From Paraphysomonas bandaiensis (taxonomy: Eukaryota; Protista; Chrysophyceae), in NCBI GenBank assembly GCA_965644295.1, contig CBFFRP010000297.1:806001-870000 (forward strand): a DNA stretch of 64,000 nucleotides, read 5' to 3'. A model generated the notes under the pieces. That model had not been told where the DNA came from and did no database searches. It saw only the letters and a list, made by a program, of their open reading frames with translations. Below, piece after piece: positions 38,189 to 50,691 of the stretch; within the stretch, counting starts at the first letter, position 1, and every line of letters starts with the position of its first letter. The position numbers were made by a program, and so were the translations under genes.

Positions 38189-39615
38189 TACTAGAAGATA
38201 TATATAGGTTACATAAGCTTCACATGAAGGATAATAATATGATATGGAGACACGTTTGAACAGGGTGTTATAGAGTGCACCATACACATTAGCGCAGGCC
38301 ATTGAGATTATGTAATAACCAGCTGTTTGGTTATTTTATACTATGTGAGCTCTCTATTGTATATATGCTTAAGTTTGTACATACTATATGTGCAACATAG
38401 GTTGATTATTATTATTATTGCCATATTTCACAGTAAGATATATATGATATATTATGACTATGACAATTCATGCTTATCATTGATACTTATATATCTATTC
38501 AAAAGACAAAGAATAGGATTACCAATAATGAAGTTCAATGATGAAGATATTATGATTGATGATTTATATGTATATGTTCTTATTATATATATATTAATGC
38601 TTAAGGCTGGAGAAGTTTACTGGAGAATTCCGGGTTTGATATCCACGCTGATAGACGTGTATTGCCAGATTATCCAGTAATACAGTTGTACTTATGTATT
38701 TCATTAGGTGCTTATTGTTTATTGAAGTGTACTTGGAAGTACGTATACAAGGCTTCAACTACAATGAGAATACTGAATGTATCTTCCCTTATGCATTGAT
38801 GATGAATCAGTTGCGATCAGGCTGAGCTATTAGTGATGTATATGGATGAAGGTCATTCCTGCAGGCCTTCCTCTGGCCTGGGAATCATATGTATATATTG
38901 ATTGTTGATAATAAGATGCAATTTCTGTACTCTGGAAGTTGCTTGTAGATAGTATTGTAGTTGTAGACATATTCATTGTTAGTTATCTATTAGTACCATG
39001 GAGGGAGAACCTAAAATGGAGGTTCATGACTCTAGCCTGTTTCATTTAGCTCTGAGAAGGATCAGAGCAATGATTATTGAAATACAACAGTCGATATCGA
39101 GTGCTGATCAGCAGCGCGTCAGAGATATTGGACTCGTTACTGTTTTAGACGATGCTGACACCAATAGGAGGGTGTTACAATTATAATAAGGCTCTGGCAC
39201 TGTTCTCCAGTGTTAGGTGCATTTCTGTGTGCCAGACAGATAGATGCATGTGCTAGATGAGGGAAGATATTGGAGTCAGCTTGAATTTGTAGCATCTGCT
39301 TCATGCATCACTGTCCAATATTGCACCAGTGAGACTGCCTCTTGGCCGCAAGAGTACCCGGCGCTAGAGCTACTCTTTACTCTTCTCTCCAGACTACCTG
39401 CTGCTGTGGACATACCATGAAGCCTTCAAGGCCCCTATATCTGCCGCATATTTTAAAGATTGCGGAAAATGCTCCCCGGTAGTAAAGGGGATTACTCAAC
39501 AAAATAGTAATATCTAGCAAATTATCATTACTTAGATATCAAATTCCGTTTCAAAAGTTTCATATATCATATTAAATATGTAAAATATAACCTACTACGA
39601 TGCACGTGTAAGTTA

Positions 39616-40110
39616 TTAATAAAGCAGCTGAACGACAAATATAGTGACCGACTTGATGAAAGTTGTCATAAACTTCCCAACAAGCTCGACGTTAGAGTTG
39701 TAGTCATCACATAGAAAAAGGTCTGATTGTAGAATTAGATCTCCATCGCTGTCATTATATACACTCGTAAAGCGTTTATTCGCATTCCAATTACTGGTAA
39801 AAGAGAGGACATTACCGTCATCACGATTCTTAACCTTCTCAGGAAGAACATGCACCGAATATATAGATATATCACCTTCTCCAATACGTATTATAGCAGT
39901 TCGGTTGCCCGCGATACCAGCTTTGAACACAGTCTTGAGGTACTTATCGCTTAGGACGGATACAGTTTGACCATTCGCAGTAAATAGAGCAGAAATATCC
40001 TCCGCAGAGAACTTAGTAGAGGTTTCACTTTTAATGGATTCGTCCAATGCTTCCAATGAAGATATCTGGCAACACGCAAGAGCAAGTCCGATGATAGTGA
40101 TGTAGTGCAT
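39616..40110 (-). CDS. YbjN-like secreted protein (probable intact copy)
   Basis: 164-aa intronless ORF; signal peptide MHYITIIGLALACCQISSLEA; YbjN-like N.WN...RF..VY.D.DGDL.LQSD followed by a C-terminal helix. Confidence 0.65.
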   Translation of the reverse strand: MHYITIIGLALACCQISSLEALDESIKSETSTKFSAEDISALFTANGQTVSVLSDKYLKTVFKAGIAGNRTAIIRIGEGDISIYSVHVLPEKVKNRDDGNVLSFTSNWNANKRFTSVYNDSDGDLILQSDLFLCDDYNSNVELVGKFMTTFIKSVTIFVVQLLY

Positions 40111-40604
40111 TCTTGAGAGCGTTGTGGCTGTCAGTGTGTGTGATATTATGCTTTAGAGCTGATTGTAAATTGTGATGAGGTATTGATTTCATTTGTCGGG
40201 TGATCGTGTCCACGTTTCCAAGATTCCTCATATTCCTGAACAATTCCCGGAACAACTGTGTGTATGTGACCCGCCTGTAGCTGTGTGTGTATGTGGCAGA
40301 GTCCACGTGTGTCTGTCATATCCAGCACCAGTCTCAACACATACATCATACAGCAGTACATAGATGTAGCATAGAGTACACGGATCATGTAACCCGTATA
40401 TACGGATTGTAATCTCGAATGTAGCCGGGATAGAAATTTAAGTACTACTGACCTGTATATCCACAGACTTCATCAGACTTCATCTGACTTCGTTTACATC
40501 GTATCCAATAGATATCCAGCACTATGTGGTACAGTATCTCTCATAGGGATATACGTACCTACAGAACCACTATGTACACATGTGATCATATGATATCAAC
40601 TGGT

Positions 40605-40756
40605 CGTATCGGCATCGTTTGTATATTTTTGTATCAAAAATGCCTCTATTATCGAGACAACAATTATCTGTATTCCAGCCGTAGATGTAACACAGTAATG
40701 TAGAGATTATTTGCTTCAATTTATTTCCGAAAAATAAGATGCTAACTGTTGATACG
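40605..40756. mobile_element. MITE-like ~150-bp dispersed repeat, copy 3
   Basis: cgtatcggcatc...tttccgaaaaataagatgctaactgttgatacg, ending about 45 bp before the ATG at 40800. Confidence 0.7.
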
Positions 40757-40799
40757 GTCTCCCTATCCTCATATATCCCCCTATATATTAATCAATACA

Positions 40800-43700
40800 A
40801 TGAATCTCTTACAATGCGCTTACAACAATGATAAGCCTGGTATACTGAAATGTTTGGCATATGACAGTAGTTGTATTAACTATCAGGACCCGAAGAATAA
40901 GACATCAGCACTATTGGCAGCTGCTTCATATGGAAATGAAGATATAGTGAGGATACTTATAAGTCATGGGGCAGATATTACTGTAAAAGATAAATGGGGT
41001 GATACTCCTTTAATGAGAGCATCAATGAATCAATACACATCTGTTGTTAATATACTTAAAGCTGCTGAGTTGAGACAAACAGATCAGTCATCTGTAGCTA
41101 TGAGCTCCCCTGTCACTGAGATTCCTTCAGCTCGTCATCAGGTGGGGCATCAGCAGCTCTTTGCCTTGGCTATGCTGCAGTTCAGGAAAGGTTAGGAAGT
41201 CGACATTTTAATCTGAATCGTAATTGATTATACTTCAAAATGATGCTTCGATTATATTACCCGATACATAGATAATAATTGCTGCTATGACAGGACATAT
41301 CACCCGGACCATTGCTTTACTTTCTCAAGCGATTTCTCTGAGTGCCGATGGACCTGGATTTTCAAGTCGTGCATTGGCATGGATAGTTGTCAAGAAATAT
41401 AGACGGTACACATCATTTTGACGAATTTGAATTTATGGCAATAGATACAAAATGCCGTATTGTGATGTGTTATATATTTATCAGAGCTGTCATTGATTGT
41501 CAGAGGGCTGTGTCATATGAAACCGCAGTGGGTGAATACGACTCCATTCGACTATTGCAGGCACACGCCTACGTGGCATTGGGTAAGTATAGTCATTTAT
41601 CACATTTCAATATTTTCTATTAATTTTCCATCATTGTGTAAAATGTGAATGATCGTACATGGTGAATTCAGGTCAAAGGGAAGCCGCAGTGAATTCTCTA
41701 GTCAGCGCCATCAATTCTCGGGCCAAGTCGGGCAATGAGAACTCTGCGGTCTTGTTAAAGCGTGCTCTCACCAAGTTACAAAACTTGCCAGCACCGCCAG
41801 ATTGCACACCATCGCGGCGATTACAAGAAGACCCTTGTACTGATGTGAACACTGAGTCCTCGTCAGATCTTGATATGTTGCAATTCTTCATTCGGGAGTG
41901 TCATTTTCCAAAAAATGTTGCACATCCACTGGCTGACCGGTGTGCCCAGAGAAACATCCAGACACTGATACAGCTTCACTCACATTGCCAACAGTATAAT
42001 CACACTGGCAGTGGTTTGAAGCTGTCCAGGGCTCAATACATGTGCTTAAAAAAGGCCATTGGTCTATGCAAGATAGTGGTGGCACACGATAAACGCTGTG
42101 CCTTGGAATCTCGACGACAGACTGCGAAGGAGAAAAAAGTCGAATTGCGACGAATGTACGATCTTGCGCAAACGCATCAGGCATCTGCTGAGAAGAAGGC
42201 CTCTGGCGGGAGTTGTCGTATTTCTGACTGTGACAATATGCATTTGGTATACTTTTTCCTAACAAGGTGCCGTTTTCCCACTAAGCGGGCAGCCGAGAAG
42301 TTAGCGAATGAGTGTTTTTCCCACCGTCTCTGGACAGTTGATTGCTTGGTAAACCATTTCCTTACTTATGGGTTTAGCTCTGTAAAGAATGGACTTAAAT
42401 ACGAAAATGACGAAGGATTGTTACTTAGAAAGAGCTTCATGGGAATTGTGATTCGAAAAAGTATACTACAGATGACGAATGATCGTAACTTATTGTCGAC
42501 CGAAATTCTTCAACTAAAGCAGATTCTTATTAACGCAAAGTATGACCAATTACAGCAAAAATTGCAAGTTGAAAAGTTGAAATTTTTTGAACTTTGTCAA
42601 AAAGACAAGGAATTAGAATCTCGGTTCGATTTTCTGTTTGTCAAGAGTAAAAAGAGACAAGCTACATATCTTTTTGATGTCGTCAAGAGTACAAGTCGTG
42701 ACCTAGTTATTTCCACTCCCCACCGTGGTAGGCGCAGTCGCCCTAGCCGCAGTGATACGTTCAACACTGATAATGAACTGAATCGACTAAAGAATATTCA
42801 AGTGAGCATTGACAGTAATGACGACTGCATAGATCAGACATGGCACACCTTGGATTCTTTGAGGGAGAGATTGGAATCAGTCCGGTTTCGAGTGGGTGGG
42901 TGCTTTGTTCTATCTATTTACTTGTCTAATTATATGAAATTCGCATGACATTTAGATGGAGTTATTCGAAAATATACTGAAAGCAATAGCAAATCTTGTT
43001 CTTGGGAATATGACAATGACCTCACTGACAAAGTAAATAGCTCTATGCGACAAAAAATTGAACGCATTCAAAACTTGTCGAAACAATTGCAAGCGCAGGC
43101 ATCTGACATTGAATCTATGATTTGGACTCTGAAAGATATCTCACCTTCTCGTAGCACTTCCACAACTTCATCATACAAAGGTAACGGCACTGAGTCCTCA
43201 TCAGATCTTGATATGTTGCAGTTCTTCATTCGGGAGTGTCATTTTCCAAAAAATGTTGCACATCCACTGGCTGACCGGTGTGCCCAGAGAAACATCCAGA
43301 CACTGATACAGCTTCACTCACATTGCCAACAGTATAATCACACTGGCAGTGGTTTGAAGCTGTCCAGGGCTCAATACATGTGCTTAAAAAAGGCCATTGG
43401 TCTATGCAAGATAGTGGTGGCACACGATAAACGCTGTGCCTTGGAATCTCGACGACAGACTGCGAAGGAGAAAAAAGTCGAATTGCGACGAATGTACGAT
43501 CTTGCGCAAACGCATCAGGCATCTGCTGAGAAGAAGGCCTCTGGCGGGAGTTGTCGTATTTCTGACTGTGACAATATGCATTTGGTATACTTTTTCCTAA
43601 CAAGGTGCCGTTTTCCCACTAAGCGGGCAGCCGAGAAGTTAGCGAATGAGTGTTTTTCCCACCGTCTCTGGACAGTTGATTGCTTGGTAAACCATTTCCT

Positions 43701-46055
43701 TACTTATGGGTTTAGCTCTGTAAAGAATGGACTTAAATACGAAAATGACGAAGGATTGTTACTGAAAAGAGTTCTGCTATGCAGAGTAGTCTTCCTGAAG
43801 AAACGACAACTTAGGAAAATTCGCTACGAACAACAGTTGAATCTTTTGAAGGTAACCGAATTAAGGGCCAAGGTAGCACAGGAGAAACTGTCACGTCGAC
43901 ATAGAATCGAAGCCAACAAAAAGGCACTTCAGAAAAAAGTATTTTCAGAGAGAAGCAAGTTATCACAGTTACTAGAAAATGCCCGTATGACGAAAAGCCA
44001 AAGAAAATGTCTTTTGAAAAATATCCGTGAAAAGGAGAAGCGCATGGAAGAGAATCGGCAGAAAAGAGAATATGCGCTACAAAGAAGACATCTTCAAATG
44101 GAACGTGAACGCAAAGCAAAGTTGGAGAAGCAGCGGCTGCAAAATCTCAAACAACGCGCGATTGAAAAACGTAAGAAAGATATGGAAATATTGATCGAGA
44201 GGAATGAGCAACAGTACGCCGGTGCTCGTGCCGAGGCGCATAACGCTTATTATAATCTCTATTGGAATGTGGATGCTTGCATCAACGGCGGCGCCTTGGC
44301 AGGCTATCGAAAGAACATTCCTCAGGCTATGAGAATTGCAAAATTTATGAAAAAGGGGGTTAACGATGTATTATCTTGCGAAATTCGTGAACGTGGAAAC
44401 TACGCCAAGTTCACAAAGCCATGGAAAGAACGACGCACCACTTGCAAGAAAATTATTAATAATATAAGACTTTATCATGGTAACGCCTTAAGCTATGGAG
44501 ATAGGTGTGATGGTCCTGATGACGATGTTGAAGTTCCGGACGGCAACGATCCGGATACTGTTGTTGATGACGTGAATGATCAATATGTGGATGGTAGGTG
44601 CTATACTATGCTGCATAATATGTTAATATTATTACGTCGTTTTCAGAAAAAGCTGAAGCGGATTATGATGCCGAGATCGTTGATGCTGAAGATCTTATGG
44701 ACATGAAGAATGACAGCTCTGACTTTGGAGGTTCTGATATAGACGAAGCAGATAAAGTCAGTATTGAGCACGATACTGACGAGTTACAGAGGATCCAGCG
44801 CGAAATTGAGACAATAGACGAGTCTATTGAACATAGTGAGAGTAGGCTGGATACATTGCAGGAGAAGCTGAATAATCTAGATGATAATACTGATGCAATT
44901 GGTGACATGAACGACTCTAAGTCAATAGTGGATGATTTTCAGTCGTCTTTAGATGGTGGTGGAGATTTACCGGAGTGGGAGTACGACGATAGTCTGAGCT
45001 CTGACATGAATAATACGATGGAGCGAATGTATGACGACGTCCAGCATATGTCCGATACAGCAGAGGCAGTACAGGAAGAATATAATTCTCTGTCGAGAGA
45101 GATGGAATATATTGCCGACACCCCTCCTAGCAGTGCTTCCCTTGGTGATGGTTTCATGAACTTTGACAAGGCATTTGAACCTAACAATTCATTTGACATG
45201 CCCTTCAGTAGTATTGACGAGCCAATTGAATTTCCGGATTCGGCTGTACCAGATTCATTGAAAATTCCCGATTTTGACTTGCCGGATGTTGTTGACTTGG
45301 ATTTACCGGACATTAATTTGCCCGAAGTGAATGGTTTTGACTTACCTGACCCCGGTGACGCCTCAAACTCGCCTATGACTGGTGCTGAACTCAACGTAGG
45401 AGAAAGCAATGAGGTAGGGAGTCAGTCTAACAGTGGTAACTACAGCAGTGACGATTTCGTGAATGATCAGCTTCCCGCCGCTGGAGAAGGAAATGTAAAT
45501 GGAAGTGAAAGTGGTAGCTATGATCAGAACGTAATCGATGAGTTGGATCGGTTGACGGGTGGTGGTGGGGATGATTCTGCGCCTGCTGGAAGTACTGGTG
45601 ACTCTGGAAGTATCAGTAAAAGTTATGATAGTGACTCAGAAGGAGCGTGGGACCGCATAATTGACGAATTGGACCGGCTGACTGGAGGTGGAGGCAGTGT
45701 TGAAGACAGTACTAGTGCTGAACTCAATGCAGATGTCCAGCAAATTGAGGACGACCCCACCATTGTAGACTCTTGTTTGAATTTCATTGGAGACGCAATG
45801 AACTCGGTTATTGACTTAGATTTTACGACAGACTTTCCATCCGTTGACTTTTCGTTGTTTAATATTGAGCAGTCACCAGACATAGGTATTCCGGACAAGG
45901 TAATAGAGCTTGGCTCCTTTGGGCTGGATGAACAAGCAAAGCAAAACTTAAAATGGCTCAATCGTGATCACAAAGACAACCTGTTCCAGGAGTACAGCAA
46001 AGTGACTCGGTTTACGACACAGCTCGGGAATGAATTATCAGGAATGTCTCACTGA
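40800..46055 (+). CDS. Multi-exon protein: ankyrin repeats, TPR-like helices, duplicated SAM-like module, coiled coil, acidic low-complexity tail
   Basis: TSALLAAASYGNEDIVRILISHGADITVKDKWGDTPLMRAS (ANK). Collinear ORFs 40749, 41387, 41659, 43045 and 44697 are separated by short intron-like gaps. Exact exon structure not resolved; could be more than one gene. Confidence 0.65.
41850..43763 (+). repeat. Intragenic direct duplication: 41850-42425 = 43188-43763 (576 bp)
   Basis: Offset 1338 nt; only two synonymous differences seen (tcg/tca, caa/cag). Confidence 0.95.
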
Positions 46056-47520
46056 TAACTCTTGCTAAATATCGCCACGATCACGATTTCGTTTTATGCT
46101 TGCCCGCCTCTTTTATGTGATACATTGATTGTGCATTCTTCAAAGCTTAGCTAGTTAAAAGTTTGGTATCGTGATAGGTGGATATGTGGATGCATTCCTA
46201 TGGTCTATAGTGTAGTATCAAACAAGAAATGATCAATATTATTATACTATATAGAAGTATATCTGTTAGTATTATACAAGGTACCGTAATATAGCTGGTG
46301 TAATTAATAGTAGTAGAATGTAACGTAATGCAACAAGTAGACGCACGTTGAATGAAATCTGATTATTACGCACTACAACTACCTAAAAGAACGATCACCA
46401 AGAGTAATTCACACTTGCATTTATAATTACAATGAAACCCACTCATTCTTGGGGAGAGGGGGATAGGAATAAGCTAATATCCTTCTAGGAGTGAACAATT
46501 CATACATAGGAAATATATGTTCGTTCAGTTCTAGTGCTTAGTTGGTGCTCCCAGTATTTATATCTATATTCTATGCAAAATTTTAATAGAACCGGTAGCC
46601 CGGGTCTTAAGTCAAGCTGTTTAATGTATATAAGCACACGGAAGAAGAGTTGTATATCACATATAGAGTTACAACTTAAGGCAGAGTTGAAGTATTTATT
46701 TGTTTAGAATTAAAAGAGCTATTTGTATATTGCAACTGTAAAGTTTTAGCAGCCATTATATCGTGTGTTTAGTAAGGTAAATAACATTGCATCTATCTAC
46801 TCGTATATTGCATCTATCTACTGGGCTTACTTATTGTACTACAGTCCTTATCGTATTGTGGTAATCGTTGTATTGTATTTTGCAACTCCTGCAGTGTTTG
46901 TATAATGTAACACTGTAATGTTTAGTAATGTATGTTATCAGATACTTGCAACGAGTTATTCTTACTATAAGTGCTTCTTATTATAAGTGCCCTAATGGAG
47001 TAACGGTTGGTCATGATGGGTCCACTTATAAGATACCTGCAGCTATGATGCCTACATATGTGCACGTGTACTGGACATAGACATACACACATATACACTC
47101 ATAGCACTGTATACTAAAAAATAGCATCTCATTAAGTATATGCATATATGCAGTGGTGTGGTATATGTATGTGTCCTTATGCTATGGACAGAGGTTGCCT
47201 ATGGTCATATATGTACAGCTATTTACTGTACTAAGAATGATGGATCACTTCACATGAATTGACTGACACCACCATCTATTGGGATAAAAGGGACATACAC
47301 ATTCATGTGAGACTTGTGTATATGATATTGGGATAAACGGACTTTTTTCTTTGGGAACAAAGAAGCTACACAGCAACAGTAACAGGGTGCTGACAACAGT
47401 ACGTATATGTGTTATATCGTGGGTATCGTATAGAGATGTATATACACTGCTGTACGGTATACCCTCTGTACATGGTGCCGTATACGACATCTTGCAGTAG
47501 TTCCATATACATCTATATCA

Positions 47521-47685
47521 CAGGGGGTGTTGTGCATATCGATTTGTTCATCGATTTGTTCATCGTTTATTTCATCGAAAAATCATCGTTTTTTCATTAA
47601 AAAGTCACTTTTTTTCACTTTTCACTGAAAAAACGATGATTTTTCGATGATATAAACTTTGAACAAAATGCACAACCACCCCCAG
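47521..47685. mobile_element. MITE-like element (~165 bp) with CAGGGGGTG-type TIRs
   Basis: cagggggtgttgtgca ... tgcacaaccacccccag, with internal inverted atcgaaaaatcatcgttttttca / tgaaaaaacgatgattttcgat; partial copy at 14365-14477. Confidence 0.75.
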
Positions 47686-47751
47686 ATGGATGTAGAGCAC
47701 AGTGTACAACACAGTGGTATAGTATATGAACAGCAGGAGTACAGCTTTCTC

Positions 47752-47853
47752 TGTATAGTGTATAGTGTGTATAGTGTGTATTGTGTGTATAGTGGTATAG
47801 TGTGTGTAGTGTGTATAGTGGTATAGTGTGTGTAGTGTGTATAGTGTGTATAG
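47752..47853. repeat. (GTATAGTGT)n-like minisatellite
   Basis: Imperfect tandem 9-mer upstream of the gene at 48028. Confidence 0.85.
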
Positions 47854-48027
47854 TCGTACAGCAGTGTCTGTACTGGTAGTTCCATATAAACAAAGTTGAA
47901 CAACTCACCTGATCCTCATTAATACACAGTGTCTCAATCTCCCAATAGATCCAATCATTCAAATGATATCATGAAACCCTCTCATTTACTTGTTAATACA
48001 GTGTGAATCATCTCGAATCTATTAACT

Positions 48028-50691
48028 ATGAGATTATATACACGGATATTCATCACTATACATCTCTATATACTTACATCTATCGTATGTAAGAATAGTG
48101 CAGGTGAATTAGGTGATGGATACACTTCTGATCAATCTAGAGATGGATTTTTTGCTGAATTAGATAATAATGCTAATGGGCAGATTAGTTTAGATGAGTT
48201 ACGAGAGGTAACAGTCACACGTATATATATATATATACATGTATACTAACAGATAGGGTTACTATAGTATATTGAAGATACAGGAGGAAATTCATTAGAT
48301 GAACAGAGTGAAATTCAAAATGCTGTTTCAAGTGTTTTGAATAATTTAGATGGAAATAAAGATATGATCTTAAAGAAGGATGACTTGGCAGTGTACTGGC
48401 AGTCATTAGGTCAGACACACACCCTTCAATGTTTTATAACATCTCTAATTATATATACAGCATCATTGCTTCCGACGGACGAAGTTGCTGAGTGGGTAGC
48501 ACACTCACAGCTGATGCCGGAATCCATTGTAGCAAGTTTCATAGAGAATGGTATTCATAATATACATTTAGTAACAAAGTAATGCGACTGTTGTGTAGAA
48601 ATAACGGGCTACGATTTTCCAGAGTTAATTGAGAATGATGGATATCTTTTGGAACAGGAACTCGAGATCAGAAGGATGACCATCAAACGTCGTCTTTTGA
48701 GGGGAATGAAAATGAAGTTGTTAGGAATGGGTCGCCCTCCTCTTTCTCCTACACCTCCTGCAGTAGTATGGACTGATACTTCGAAGTGCTTCACACATAT
48801 TGCGGTTGAATGGGAGACTGCAAATAATGAAGCGGAAGGGAACAAAGACGTTTATCCAGTCCATAAATATCTCCTTCAGCGACAAGATTTGGATTACACC
48901 AGCACTCATCCTGGTAAGCCTCGATGGATAACTGTTTACGATGGCATGGATACACGTGCTTCAGACACCATACTTGTACCTCCTGAGTTGCCCAATTCCC
49001 TTCTATCCCTCCCTGTGACGCAGACCTACCGCCTTTCCAGCTGGAATGTCATAGGGAGGTCGGATTATATGTACCTGAAGCTGGATTTGCCTCGGCCTAC
49101 TGAGGTATCATCAGATAGTTGTGATGAGCTGGCATTTACCCAATTGTCTCCAATCATTTCACCTGTCGCGGAACTCAGGCGCACTAGTCACCATAATTCG
49201 CATTCGTCTAATACCTCTACAGATATCAGCGAACAAATTGAAAACTCCGAGACTCCGACCGATTTGTCGGTCTACACTTCTGTCATGACTCATGCCACCT
49301 CACCAAATGGAAAGCAGGCATCCAACTGGACTGCCAAGGAAGTTCTTTTAGGTGTATATAGATTGTTTTCTGTGGCAATAGGTCTCATTTTTCGAGGATC
49401 GTCGTGGCTAATGTCTCTGGTTTATGTGTTGTCGATTCTTGCAACGTTTACAATATCCTTAATTCGTCTAAGAAACATGAAGAAATATAGTGATTCTGAC
49501 CAGAGAAGTGCGACTACTTCCCGGCGTCAGAGCGCTGTTAAAGGGGAAAGTATGTGGGGAAGTGTTGTCACTTGTTGTCAAATGTCCTTGCTGAAGCCCT
49601 CACTTGCGTATTTGTGTCCAATTGTGTATAAATATTCCCGTGATTTTGGTAACACTCGTCCATGGATCCAGCCACTGACCAACTATGTGTGTTTAGTCAC
49701 GAAGTCTCTGTTAACAACTGTTTCAAGAGATTCTTCTCCTGCTCCATTGACGAAACAACCGTCTTCGCGGTCAAATGCTACGCAATCGGCTCGACATCCA
49801 TCAGGAAACTCCAGTGGATACTCATCTTGTGATGACGATGGATCATTCTATGAAGATGCGTTGCAGAATGACACGTCTGGTGACTTGAGAGATGAAGATG
49901 ATGACCATAAATTCTGTTCTGTGTGTAAAGTAAAATTCAAATTTAAACCACATAAAATGAAATGGAGGAAACGACACCACTGCTGTAAATGTCTCAATGT
50001 GTTTTGTAGTCGGTGTGGTGTAGTTCGTCATTCTTCAATGTTGCAGTGTCCTGTGCCCGGGAGCTGTACCTGTATGCGGTGTGAAGGATTTGCTTCTACT
50101 GGACAGCTGCAGTGTCAGCCGGCGATGGGAATCGGAATGGTCAGTCGGGCAGCCATGCAGCTACACAATCATTCCGTAGAAACGCATCCCTCAAACGTTG
50201 ACCCGAAGGTGAGGAGCGACGCAACCAAGAGCTATTCACTTTCCAGCAATCGATCTCTCTCCATGGATGTGCAAGATTCATTATCTCCTCCAAAGCCTAA
50301 AAAAGACAACCCTGTTTCTAGGCCAGCTTCTCGTGGATTCAATGAACAGGAGGAACTAATTCAGAATAGCAATGGAGTGAAGAAAGAGAAGAAAGGACAC
50401 AAGAAAGGAAGTCGAAGTTTTGGCTCTTTTAAAGAGCTTAGTAGTATGTGGGTACCGAAACACCAATCTGACGGAAGCACAACGCATGTTAGTGGTAGAC
50501 CCCCTAAAGTCCCTCTACCCAACGTGCCGAGTGCGTGGCCGCCAGTTCCGATCTTACGGCGAAGGCCTAAGACTAGCCCTGCAACTACCCCAGAACGATT
50601 CGACTCCTCTCCCTCACCTGAGCATATATCTGAAACTCCTGTGGTGCCACCCGTTTCTACTCCCTCGTCTGGTATATCGCTGCCTCATTAG
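48028..50691 (+). CDS. STIM-like protein: signal peptide, EF-hand pair + SAM, FN3, TM, cytosolic FYVE-type zinc finger, basic/Pro-rich tail (~834 aa)
   Basis: Introns 48208-48267, 48410-48460 and 48551-48598 keep the frame. DNNANGQISLDE (EF loop); DLAVYWQSLASLLPTDEVAEWVAHSQLMPE...ITGYDFPELI...IKRRLL...LLGMG (STIM-type EF-SAM); IAVEW..HKYLLQR..WITVYDG..YRLSSWNVIGRS (FN3); TM WLMSLVYVLSILATFTISLI; CSVC..F...KRHHCCKC..VFCSRC (FYVE-like). Confidence 0.8.

Larger units (their letters stand above)
37446..40346. repeat. Inverted segmental duplication: 37446-38149 vs 39643-40346 (704-bp arms, ~1.5-kb spacer)
   Basis: Arms are reverse complements and near identical (one mismatch seen, gaggct/gagact); the translated ORFs are identical up to ...FIKSVT. 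Confidence 0.95.

Noticed and set aside
38150-39640. Small ORFs in the spacer of the inverted duplication
   Set aside because: Short, stop-rich and without recognisable motifs; probably decayed repeat DNA that I cannot classify.
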